From positions 23,050,795 to 23,114,794 of the forward strand of contig NC_092670.1 in assembly GCF_964355755.1 (NCBI RefSeq): 64,000 nt of DNA, read 5' to 3'. Origin of the DNA: Antedon mediterranea (lineage: Eukaryota > Animalia > Echinodermata). Below the pieces are notes generated by a model that did not search any database, was not told the origin of the DNA, and was given only the letters and a program-made list of their open reading frames with translations. This document shows, piece by piece, positions 1-11,200 of this stretch; within the stretch, counting starts at the first letter, position 1; each line of letters starts with the position of its first letter. A program made the translations under genes and the position numbers.

Positions 1-1
1 G

Positions 2-2695
2 TTGCCAAATAAGATCGACAAATATAAAGCTCGACCTAATAGTTCTGAATTTAATAAAATGTGCCTTGCAAAATTTTGTTCGGAATATAGAATATTGAGT
101 TCATCAGAAATGAAAGAAAACAAACAAAAAAAGAATGTATATCAGTTAAAAAAACAGTTGGGATTCATCCAAAAAAGAACACGAACTAGTAATGCTATAG
201 TAAGATACCCTCGATTTCCAATGGATACAGCACCTGAGAAATATTTTTTGAGTATACTTCAGTTATTTCTACCATTTCGAAAAGATGAACAGTTAAAACC
301 TCCAAATTTTGAAACGTACGAACAATTTCATGAGAAAGGATGTGTGAATTTATGTGGCTGTCAATTACAAACGGTAAAGTCAATAGTTAATGGAAACATG
401 AAACAATATGAAAAAAGTGCTGAAGATGTTGAAGAAGCACAGGAATTTTTATTAAAATTTGGACCACAAGAAGATGCATGGAGCCTATTATGTCCAGAAA
501 GCGAAAAAGAAAGGTTAGACAACCCAAAGCCAAATGTAGAGGTTGATGATGAAGAAGATGAATTTTTCATTCCAGATTTTGGAATTCAAAAAAATCATAC
601 ATCTAAGGTAGAGTCTAATTCATCTAATATTCCAAGACCAGAATTGAACAAAATGATTCGATCTTTAAATGAAAAACAACAACATATATTTTATAAGACA
701 AGACAATGGTGTTTAGACAAAGTTAATGGTAAAAAACCTGAAGCATTTTACAATTTCATAACTGGAGGCGCTGGTACAGGAAAAAGTCATTTGGTAAATT
801 GTATTTATAATGAAGCGACACGTATTCTTGGAAAGATTATGGAAAATCCCGATGATTTGTCAATATTGAAATTAGCTCCTACAGGAATCGCAGCATATAA
901 TATTAAAGGCCAAACAATTCATAGCGCTTTGTCTATCCCGATTAATATTTCACTTCCGTATCAACCACTTGGAGAAGAAAAAATAAGTGCACTTCGTAAT
1001 AAATTGGGCCAGTTGCAAATTGTTATTATAGATGAAATATCAATGGTAAATCAAAGGTTACTTTGGTATATCCACGGACGATTAAGGCAAATAAAACAAG
1101 TACGCAACGATAGTCCATTTGGTAACATTTCAGTAATTGCTGTTGGTGATTTTTATCAGTTACCCCCGGTGATGGGCAGTTCGTTATATAAAGACACATT
1201 GGAAAGCTCACTGTGGATAGATAACTTTAAGCAAGTACAGTTAGATCAAATCATGAGGCAAAAAGAAGATAAACAATTTGCTTTATTGTTAAACAAATTG
1301 CGTACAAAAGAAAAACATGATTGTTTGTCTGATAACGATTTATTAGTTCTAAAATCACGTGAAACAGGTGAAGAATGTGAAGATGCTGTTCATATTTACC
1401 CACGCAACAAACAAGTTGATGAATGGAATAAAAAAATGTTGCACAAAACCTGTACAGACATTGTATGCATTAAAGCAGAAGATAGTGTAGTAAATAGCAA
1501 GAAACAGAGCAAAAATTGTGACAAACCTCGGAATTCACGTCAAACTAGTTTACTAAGTTATTTGTGGATTGCAATTAATGCCAGAGTGATGTTGATTAAA
1601 AATGTAGATGTTAAAAAAGGCTTAACGAATGGATGTATGGGACATGTTGATGAAATAGTCAAACCTGATCATAACACCGAACCAGTATCTATTAAAGTAA
1701 AATTTGACAATAATGACATTGGTATTCAGGCAATTGAAATGTTTAAAGAATCTATGGGGAAAAAATACAGTCGAAAACAATTTCCTCTCAAATTAGCATA
1801 TGCATGCACAGTTCATAAAGTGCAAGGAATGACAATGGATAAAGCAGTGGTTTGCCTTAAAGATACTTTTATGCATGGTCAAGCATATGTAGGCCTCAGT
1901 CGTGTTACTTCAATAACTGGACTTACTATTGAAAATTTTAAACCTAGTCTGATTTATTGTGATCCAAACATAAAGAAGTGCTTAAATAATATGGATTCAT
2001 ACGTACAATGTGATAAACAAGGTCATGATTCGGCTTCTAGATTTTCAATAATGTTACATAACATTCAAGGGCTTAAACAACATTTTGTTGATCTTCAGTG
2101 TAATGATTTGTTTATGAATTCTAATATCATATGTCTAACTGAAACATGGTTAAACAAGGATGATGATGTTTTTGACGTACGCATTGAGCCGTATAAATTG
2201 TATCACCAAGCAAGGTATGATTCGTATTCTAATACAAATGATCTCAGTTCCAAAATAAAACATCAGGCTCATGGTGGCGTTGCAGTGTATGCCAAGAACA
2301 CGTCTTCAAGCAGATTAAACATATGTAATAATGATATAGAAGCAGTTTCATTTTTAATAACAAGTCCGATTTCTGTTGCCGTGTCAGTAATTTATCGACC
2401 CCCAAGTTATGATATTAATCAATTCTGTCAAAATTTGAGAAAACATTTGGAAGAGTTACATAAAATGAGCACAAAATGTATTGTAATGGGTGATTTTAAT
2501 GAAAATCTTTTCAAACAATCTTCCAGAGTGAATAATTTAATGGCAGAGAATGAGTACAAACAACATGTTACATGTTCCACCACTGAAAACAATACATTGA
2601 TTGATCATGTTTATAGCAAAGGTCTTGATTCAGTACAGGCTGAAGTAATTCCAATTTATTATAGCTATCATGAAGCCATTCAAATTAAATTCTAA
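2..2695 (+). CDS. Helentron Rep-helicase-endonuclease, C-terminal part (PIF1/SF1B helicase + AP/EEP endonuclease); 5' end lies outside the window
   Basis: Open frame from window edge. Helicase motifs GGAGTGKS, IIDEISMV, VGDFYQLPPV, TVHKVQGMT, GQAYVGLSR. Endonuclease motifs HNIQGL, LTETWL, GGVAVY, IYRPP, MGDFN, IDHVY, SYH. Colinear with 44662-47355 with about 32 aa differences in 897 by my count. Confidence 0.95.
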   Translation: MPNKIDKYKARPNSSEFNKMCLAKFCSEYRILSSSEMKENKQKKNVYQLKKQLGFIQKRTRTSNAIVRYPRFPMDTAPEKYFLSILQLFLPFRKDEQLKPPNFETYEQFHEKGCVNLCGCQLQTVKSIVNGNMKQYEKSAEDVEEAQEFLLKFGPQEDAWSLLCPESEKERLDNPKPNVEVDDEEDEFFIPDFGIQKNHTSKVESNSSNIPRPELNKMIRSLNEKQQHIFYKTRQWCLDKVNGKKPEAFYNFITGGAGTGKSHLVNCIYNEATRILGKIMENPDDLSILKLAPTGIAAYNIKGQTIHSALSIPINISLPYQPLGEEKISALRNKLGQLQIVIIDEISMVNQRLLWYIHGRLRQIKQVRNDSPFGNISVIAVGDFYQLPPVMGSSLYKDTLESSLWIDNFKQVQLDQIMRQKEDKQFALLLNKLRTKEKHDCLSDNDLLVLKSRETGEECEDAVHIYPRNKQVDEWNKKMLHKTCTDIVCIKAEDSVVNSKKQSKNCDKPRNSRQTSLLSYLWIAINARVMLIKNVDVKKGLTNGCMGHVDEIVKPDHNTEPVSIKVKFDNNDIGIQAIEMFKESMGKKYSRKQFPLKLAYACTVHKVQGMTMDKAVVCLKDTFMHGQAYVGLSRVTSITGLTIENFKPSLIYCDPNIKKCLNNMDSYVQCDKQGHDSASRFSIMLHNIQGLKQHFVDLQCNDLFMNSNIICLTETWLNKDDDVFDVRIEPYKLYHQARYDSYSNTNDLSSKIKHQAHGGVAVYAKNTSSSRLNICNNDIEAVSFLITSPISVAVSVIYRPPSYDINQFCQNLRKHLEELHKMSTKCIVMGDFNENLFKQSSRVNNLMAENEYKQHVTCSTTENNTLIDHVYSKGLDSVQAEVIPIYYSYHEAIQIKF

Positions 2696-2810
2696 TTGCA
2701 GCAATGGTTTTTAAGTATTTGAATTATATTTCTCTAACAACTTTTTAAGAATTGAAAATAGAACTGGATACAAATAAAAAAATACAATTTGATAAAAACA
2801 AGATGAAAAT

Positions 2811-3520
2811 CAACCCATGTCATTCTCCTGTATAGGAAAAACAAAATCTGGTGTCTAAACACATTTCAATCTTGTTTTTATGTGAGTTATATTATTATAG
2901 ATTTTGTTCTGAATTTGAATATGCAATGTTGCAATCTGTGCACATAATAATCGTTCAATATCTACCAGTATTCAAGTAATGTTAAAAATAAAAAGTAAAA
3001 TTTCACAGAAGAAGAAAATACGTTTTGTTTTATACGATTACCAATACTTCATTAGGTCTAAACATAATTTCAGTTGTATAATTGTTTTTTTTATATTATT
3101 TTTTTTTTATCTATCCAGGTCCACATAAAATTACTAATACAGTAATTTACTCATTTGGAAGAAAAATCAAGTTATTATCTATGCAAGAGGGGCAGCGAAT
3201 AATCTGTAACTTCAACCCATGTCATTCTCCTGTATAGGAGAAACAATATCTGGTGAGTAAACACATTTTAATCTTGTTTTTATGTGAGTTATATTATTAT
3301 AAATATTGTTCTAAATTTGAATATGCAATGTTGCAATCTGTGCACATAATAATCGTTCAATATCTACCAGTATTCAAGTAATGTTAAAAATAAAAAGTTA
3401 CATTTTACAGAAGAAGAAAATACGTTTTATTTTATACGATTACAAATACTTCATCTATCCAGGTCCACTTGAAATTACTAATACAGCAATTTATTTCTTT
3501 AAAAGAATAATCAATTTATT
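2811..3520 (+). repeat. ~400-bp direct duplication downstream of RepHel copy 1
   Basis: caacccatgtcattctcctgtatagg... starts at 2811 and again at 3213. Only one copy is present downstream of RepHel copy 2 (~47630). Confidence 0.85.
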
Positions 3521-4734
3521 TTGTTTGGTTTTTAGGTATTTAATGGAATGGTTTCATAACTTCAATTATAATGGGATCCGGATTTTTAGGCAGTCAGTAA
3601 TGCAGTCATTCGCTCTTTCATAGTAATTGCCTAAACGCGGCAAATGATTCAATTATGAATTATAATAATGATTGTTAAAAAATAAGAATCTTCTCTAAAT
3701 AAATCAATAAATATGCGTTTAATGAATCCACAACTAACAAATTAACATGTATATAGTGTAGGAAGTAAAATTACTGATCACCAAATAAACTACTGTATAG
3801 TATAAACAGCCTACTATAATTTTGAAAATTGTGTGCAATTTCCAATAACCAATGAAAGCTTTTATAAACACACACATAAATACATACATTTCATACTTAT
3901 TATTTGTTTGAAATAAAAAAATATTTTTAACAGTTATGGTGTGATTATATTAGTTTTATCAGAACTATTATATCTATTGGAGCAATTGAAACTCCATTAG
4001 ATCAAAACACAGAGCAGAGGAAACAAGAAATTGTTATTATTATTCATACATTCTGTAACTGGTTGTACTGTCGATATTATGGTGTATAGCAGAACTGTGT
4101 TTGATGTTATCAAAAAGAAACATAAAGGCATGTCCAATTTCGAAAAGTAATTCATCTCAACGAGAACATAATAAATTTAATTTAAAAAGAAAATTTGCCA
4201 CTACGACTGAGATACGCAATATGTTGAAGTGATAAATTATGACAAAAACACATGAAAATTCTACCTTTCCAATTACCTTTTCAATTACTGGCCATAGCAT
4301 CATCTGATAGCATGACCCATAGAATGACCTCACAGCATCCAATAGGAAAATTTGTCTGAGCAACAACATGTTCACATTTTGAGGAAATTCAGGCACGTGA
4401 AAGTGAGAGGCGCGGTCTTTTAAAACCGATGAACTTTTACTGAATTGTGTCTATTTTGTTTCATACGTCTAGTATATACTTATATACAGTGAAGCACAGA
4501 AACAATTACGAGACCCATATTTTATTAAAAATTTTTAAATGATGACGTCATAAAAATTAATCATGAAGATAACAATTTAAAAGCATAGATATCTAAATAA
4601 TTACATTCTAAAAAGGTAAAGAATTTTGGCCACGTAAAATTAAGACGCTCGTTTTTTCAAACACGACACGGCAGAATTAGAGATACGCTGCGAATAAAAC
4701 TGGTGGAAAGAAAGAAGAATATAGAAAAAAAAAT

Positions 4735-7700
4735 ATTTGAACTCCTCACTATCAACGAGTTAGGTTATCTGCCGCCGCGTAAACGCTACGTGCACATCAT
4801 ACGTTAGAATATTGCGCACAGAAAAACAATTATGCCATTGACACAGTTTTAGAGTGCTCTCTATTTTGTGTCACGTCTAAGTATATACAATATACACTAT
4901 ATACTATATACGTACTACATACAGTGTAGAATAGGTGAAAATAAGTGACCAAAGTTATTGACGCTTTTGCACATGATGACGTCATAAAAATTGTAAAATT
5001 GTTAATCATGCGAAAGATAATTGATTGACCTAGACAATATAAAAAAATTGAGGGAAATGGAATACGGATAAGTAGAGATGCGCTCTATTAAATTTGACGA
5101 GCTATGACGAAAGAGAAAAAAATCCTATATTTCATATTCGAGTGGCCAAACTATGACGTCACAATGTCCAGTTAGCCATATCGATGCATGATTCGAAATC
5201 TACAACTAATCAACTTCCAGAATATGTAATTTTAAAAAAGTTCACTACGTAGTTTAGAATCTATGACTTTTTTAAAAAAGGCATAATTTTCACGAATTTT
5301 TGAACTTTTTCATCAAAAACGCGCGCAAATTGTTCAATTCTACGTGCTCGTATGACGTGATTTTAATTCGAAATTGATTGAAAATTGGTAAATTTACTAG
5401 AAAAGGCTGGAAAAACAAAAATCAAGCAAAAAAAAGATGTTTTTGCGCTACGTGCGCACGCGCGCGTAAGAAAAGTGCGCACGCGTGGGAATTTTTGAAA
5501 TGCTCAAAATGACATGAAACGCGTAGAAAGTTGATTAGAAATTGATTTTTCGCATTTTGAAATTTTAAACGCGCGTGCGCGCGTCACTTTCTGTTAAACA
5601 TGCAATTTTCTCTCCATACAAATTTAGCGCATGATATAAATTAAACTTTTGCCAAGTTTCAATTTAAATGGTTTAATAGTTTTCGATCTAAATTAAATAC
5701 TCGAAATTCATAAAATCGCGCGTAACTTACGCTGCGCAACTCGGACGGTACCGAAAACCTTATTACGACATCTTCAGATAGAGGTCAATCTTTTGATAAA
5801 ATTATACAATGTTATTTTGAGAAGATTTAGAGATACACGCGCAACAAAATTCTGGGAAAGAAAGAAGAATAAGAAAGAAAAAAAAAAAAGATCCTGACAA
5901 TAACAAGGGGTTATCCGCCAAGTGCGGATAACCAACTAGATTTGAACTCGTCACTACGGACGAGTTAGGTTATCCGCAGCGCAAAAGCCAAGTGCACGTC
6001 GTACGTTAGAATATTGCGGGCAGATAAACGATGATGCCATTGAAACAATTTCAGTTTTCTCTCTATTTTGCGTCACGTCTAAGTATATACGGTATACACT
6101 ATATTATACTCTATACGTACTACATACAGTGCAGAATAGGTGAAAATAAGTGACCAAAGTTATTGATGCTTTTGGACATGATGACGTCATCACAATTTTT
6201 AAACTAATGAATCATGCGAAAGATAATTGATTGACTTAGACAATATAAAGAAATGGAGGGCAATGGAATACGGATAAGTGGAGATGCGCTCTATTAAATG
6301 TGATGAGCTATACGAAAGAGAAAAAAATCCTATATTTTATATATGGGTGGCCATACGATGACGTCACAATGTCCGGTTAGCCATATCAATGCATGTTTCA
6401 AGAAATACAACTCATTTACTTCCAGAATATGTAATTTTAAAAAAGTTCACCACGTAGTTTAGAGTTTATGACTGTTTAAAAAAAGGTCTAATTTTGACGA
6501 TTTTTTGAAGTTTTTCATCAAAAACACGCGCAAATTATCCAATTATACGTGCTCGTGTGACGTGATTTTAAGTCGAAATTGATTGAAAATTGATAAATTT
6601 AATAGGAAAGGGTGAAAAAACAAAAATCAAGCAAAAAAACGATGTTTTTGCGCTACGTGCGCACGCGCGCGTAAGAAAAGTGCGCACGCGTGGGAATTTT
6701 TGAAATGCTCAAAATTACATGAAACGCGTAGAAAGTTGATTAGAAATTGATTTTTCGCATTTTGAAATTTTAAACGCGCGTGCGCGCGTAACTTTCAATA
6801 AAACATGCCATTTTCTCTCCATAGAAAGTTAGCGCATGATATGACTTAAATTTTCACCAAGTTTCAATACAAAATGACATATAGTTTTTATTCTATGATC
6901 AATCATTGAAATTCATAAAATTGCGCGTAACTTACGCTGCGCGACTCGAAATTAAAAAAAAAAAGTTTCTTGCACATCTACAGCTACAGGGTTATTTTTT
7001 GACAAAGTTATACATTCATATGTTGGCGAGAATTAGAGATACGCTGCCAACAAAAAATGGGAGAGAAGTGTGTAAAGAAAGAAATAAATACTAGATTTGA
7101 ACTCGTCACTACGGACGAGTTAGGTTATCCGCAGTGCAAAAGCCACGTGCACGTCATACGTTAGAATAGTGCGCGCAAAAAAATAAAACGATTATGGCAT
7201 TGAAAAATGTTAGTGCGCTCTCTATGTTGCGTCGCGTCTAAGTATATACGGTATAACACTATATACTGTATACGTACTACATACAGTGCAGAATAGGTGA
7301 AAATAAGTGACCAAAGTTATTGACGCATTTGAACATGATGACGTCATCACAATTTTTAAAATGGTGGATCATGCGAAAGGTAATTGATTGATCTAGACAA
7401 TATAAAAAAATTGAGTGAAATGGAATAAGGATAAGTAGAGATGCGCTCTATTAAATTGACGAGCTATGACGAAAGAGAAAAAAATCCTATATTTTATATT
7501 CGGGTGGCCATACGATGACGTCACAATGTCTGGTTAGCCATATCAATGCATGATTCGAGAAAAACAACTACTCTACTTCCAGAATCTGAAATTTTAAATA
7601 TTTTCACCTCGGAGTTTAGAATCTATGACTGTTTTAAAAAAGGCATAATTTTGACAAATTTTTGAACTTTTTCTTCAAAAACGCGCGCAAATTGTTCAAT

Positions 7701-8240
7701 TCTACGTGCTCGTATGACGTGATTTTAAGTCGAAATTGATTGAAAATTGGTAAATGTACTAGAAAAGGCTGAAAAAACAAAAATCAAGCAAAAAAAAGAT
7801 GTTTTTGCGCTACGTGCGCACGCGCGCGTAAAAAATATGCGCACGCGTGGGAATTTTTGAAATTCTCAAAATGACCTGAAACGCGTAGAAAGTTGATTAG
7901 AAATGAATTTTTCGCAATTTTAAATTTTAAACGCGCCTGCGCGCGTAACTTTATGTCAAACATGCCATTTTTAATCCATAGAAAGTTTGCCCTTGATATG
8001 ACTTAAATGTTCACTAAGTGTCATTACAAAATGACTTTTGCTTTTTAGTCTATGTTAAATACGCGAAATTCATAAAATCGCGCGTAGCTTACGCTGCGCG
8101 ACTCTAAAGTAAAAAAACGAGCTGTCCTGCACTTCTACACATAGAGGTAAATCTTCTGACAAAGTTATACGATGTAATGTTGATCAGAATTTGAGATACA
8201 CGTGACACAAAATTTTGGGAAAGAAAGAAGAATAACATAG

Positions 8241-8278
<38 letters not shown>

Positions 8279-11200
8279 TCCTGACAATAACAAGGGGTTA
8301 TCCGCCAAGAGCGGATAACCAACTAGATTTGAACTCGTCACTTTGACGAGTTCGGGTTATCCGCGCAAACGCAACATGCACATACGTTTAAAATATATGA
8401 ACGCCGATAATTATTATGCCATCCTATGACATGAATTAAATATGTTTACAGTGCTGAATTGTACCTATTTTGTAGCATACATCATATTACAGTGTTTACA
8501 GAATACACTGTATATGTTATATACAGTGAAGCATAGACGGAATTACGAGACCCATCTTTTAAATCTAATTATTAACACGATGACTTCATCAAATTGACAT
8601 ATAAAAACAACAATTTTAGAAGATAATTATCTAATTAATTACATTAATACAAATTTGAAGAATTTTGGGCACGTAAAAGTGAGATGCGCTCTCGTTTAAA
8701 CGCAATGAACTTTTACGCAAGAGGTGAAAATACGACTTTTTTTATTCAATTGGCCATATGATGACGTCACAACATCTGATTGGCAAAATGTTCACATGAT
8801 TTCGTATCTACAATCCAATAGCTTCCAGAAAACGTTTTAATCATGATTATCACTTTTTATTCAGACGAGCTATAACAGAGTAAAATTTACTGTAAAGATG
8901 AAAATAAGTAACCCACGTTATTTACATTTTTAGACATGATGCCGTCATAACAATTAACATATTTTTATCTCATGCGAAAGATAATTGATTGACGTAGACA
9001 ATAATAAAATCTCGGGGGAAATGGAATTCGTATGAGCGAGATGCGCTTTGTTGAATGTGATGAGCAATAACGAAATAGACAAAAATCCTATATTTTATAT
9101 TCGAGTGGCCATATGATGACGTCACAATGTCCGGTTAGCCATTTTCATGCATGATTTGATATCTACAACTCATCTACTTCCAGAATCTGAAATTTTAAAA
9201 ATGTTCACCACGGAGTTTAGAATCTATGACAGTTTAAAAAAAGGCATAATTTTGACAAATTTTTGAACTTTTTCATCAAAAATGCGCGCAAATTGTTTAA
9301 TTCTACGTGCTCGTATGACGTGATTTTAAGTCGAAATTGATTTAAAATTGATCAATTTACTAGAAAAGGCTGAAAAAACAAAAATCAAGCAAAAAAAAGA
9401 TGTTTTTGCGCTATGTGCGCACGCGCGCGTAAAAAAATTGCGCACGCGTGGGAATTTTTGAAATGCTCAAAATGACATGAAACGCGTAGAAAGTTGATTA
9501 GAAATTGATTTTTCGCATTTTGAAATTTCAAACGCGCGTGCGCGCGTAACCTTTTGTGAAACATGCCATTTTTAATCCATAGAAAGTTTGCGCATGATAT
9601 TACTTAAATTTACACAAAGTTTCAATACAAAATGACTTTTGGTTTTTAATCTATGATCAATCATTGAAATTCATAAAATCGCGCGTAACTTACGCTGCGC
9701 AACTCTAAATTCATTAAAAAAAGTTTCTTGCACATCTACAGCTACAGGGCAATCTTTTGACAAAGTTAAACAATTTTATGTTAACCAGAATTAGAGATAT
9801 GCCACCAACAAAATTCGGGGAAAGAAAGAAGAATAACATAGAAAAAAAAAAAAAAGATCCTGACAATAACAAGGGGTTATCCGCCAAGTGCGGATAACCA
9901 AAAAAAAAAAAAAAGATCCTGACAATAACAAGGGGTTATCCGCCAAGTGCGGATAACCAACTAGATTTGAACTCGTCACTACGGACGAGTTAGGTTATCC
10001 GCAGCGCAAAAGCCACGTGCACGTCATACGTTAGAATATTGCGCGCAAAAAAAAAAACGATTAATGACATTGAAAAAATGTTAGTGCGCTCTCTATTTTG
10101 CGTCACGTCTGAGTATATACAGTATGTACTATATACTGTATATGTACTACGTACAGTTCAGAATAGGTGAAAATAAGGGACCAAAGTTATTGACGCTTTT
10201 GAACAAGATGACGTCATAAAAATTTTAAAAATGGTGAATCATGCGAAAGATAATTGATTGACCTAGACAATATAAAAAATAGAGGGCAATGGAATACGGA
10301 TAAGGGGAGATGCGCTCTATTAAATGTGACGAGCTATGACGAAAGAGACAAAAATCCTATATTTCATATTTGAGTGGCCAAACGATGACGTCACAATGTC
10401 CGGTTCGCCATATCGATGCATGATTCGAAATCTACAACTAATCAACTTCCAGAATATGTAATTTTAAAAAAGTTCACCACGTAGTTTACAATCTATGACT
10501 TTTTTAAAAAAGGCATAATTTTCACGAATTTTTTAACTTTTTCATCAAAAACGCGCGCAAATTTTTCAATTCTACGTGCTCGTATGACGTGATTTTTAGT
10601 CGAAATTGTTTGAAAGTTGGTAAATCTACTAAAAAAAGACAGGAAAAACAAAATTCAAGCCAAAAAATGATGTTTTTGCGTTACGTGCGCACGCGCGCGT
10701 AAAAAAATTGCGCACGTGTAGGAATTTTTGAAATGCTCAAAATGACATGAAACGCGTAGAAAGTTGATTAGAAGTTGATTTTTCGCATTTTGAAATTTTG
10801 AACGCGCGTGCGCGCGTAACTTACTGCACAACCTGCCATTTTTAATCCATAGAAAGTTTGCGCTTAATATGACTTAAATTTTCACCAAGTTTCAATACAA
10901 AATGACTTTTGGTTTTTAATCTATGATCAATAATTGAAATTCATAAAATCACGCGTAACTTACGCTGCGCAACTCGGACGGGACCGAAAACCTTATTACG
11001 ACATCTTCAGATAGAGGTCAATCTTTTGATAAAGTTATACAATGTTATGTTAAGAAGATTTAGAGATACACGCGCAACAAAATTCTGGGAAAGAAAGAAG
11101 AAAAAAGAAAAAAAAGAAAAAAAATAAAAAAAAAAAAAAAAAGATCCTGACAATAACAAGGGGTTATCCGCCAAGTGCGGATAACCAACTAGATTTGAAC

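Larger units (their letters stand above)
1..5935 (-). mobile_element. Partial autonomous Helentron copy 1 (extends beyond the left edge); putative 5' terminus at 5935 on the minus strand
   Basis: RepHel tail followed by a core unit (4735-5935) that ends in GGTTATCCGC-caagt-GCGGATAACC-AA. The hairpin/CTAG end of this unit at ~4735 is mutated (tatttgaactcctcactatcaacgagttaggttatctgc). Confidence 0.7.

Noticed and set aside
3381-3623. Small ORF or coding exon downstream of RepHel (acceptor-like ttttag at ~3535, conserved block also at ~47960)
   Set aside because: The frame is not conserved between the two copies (extra base in copy 2). It may be 3'UTR sequence, but there is no support for coding.
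8240-8276. Poly(A) tracts as SINE/LINE tails
   Set aside because: The tract is internal, always followed by the 46-bp hairpin terminus, and has no TSD. It corresponds to the simple-repeat region behind the 5' subTIR of HINE-like elements.
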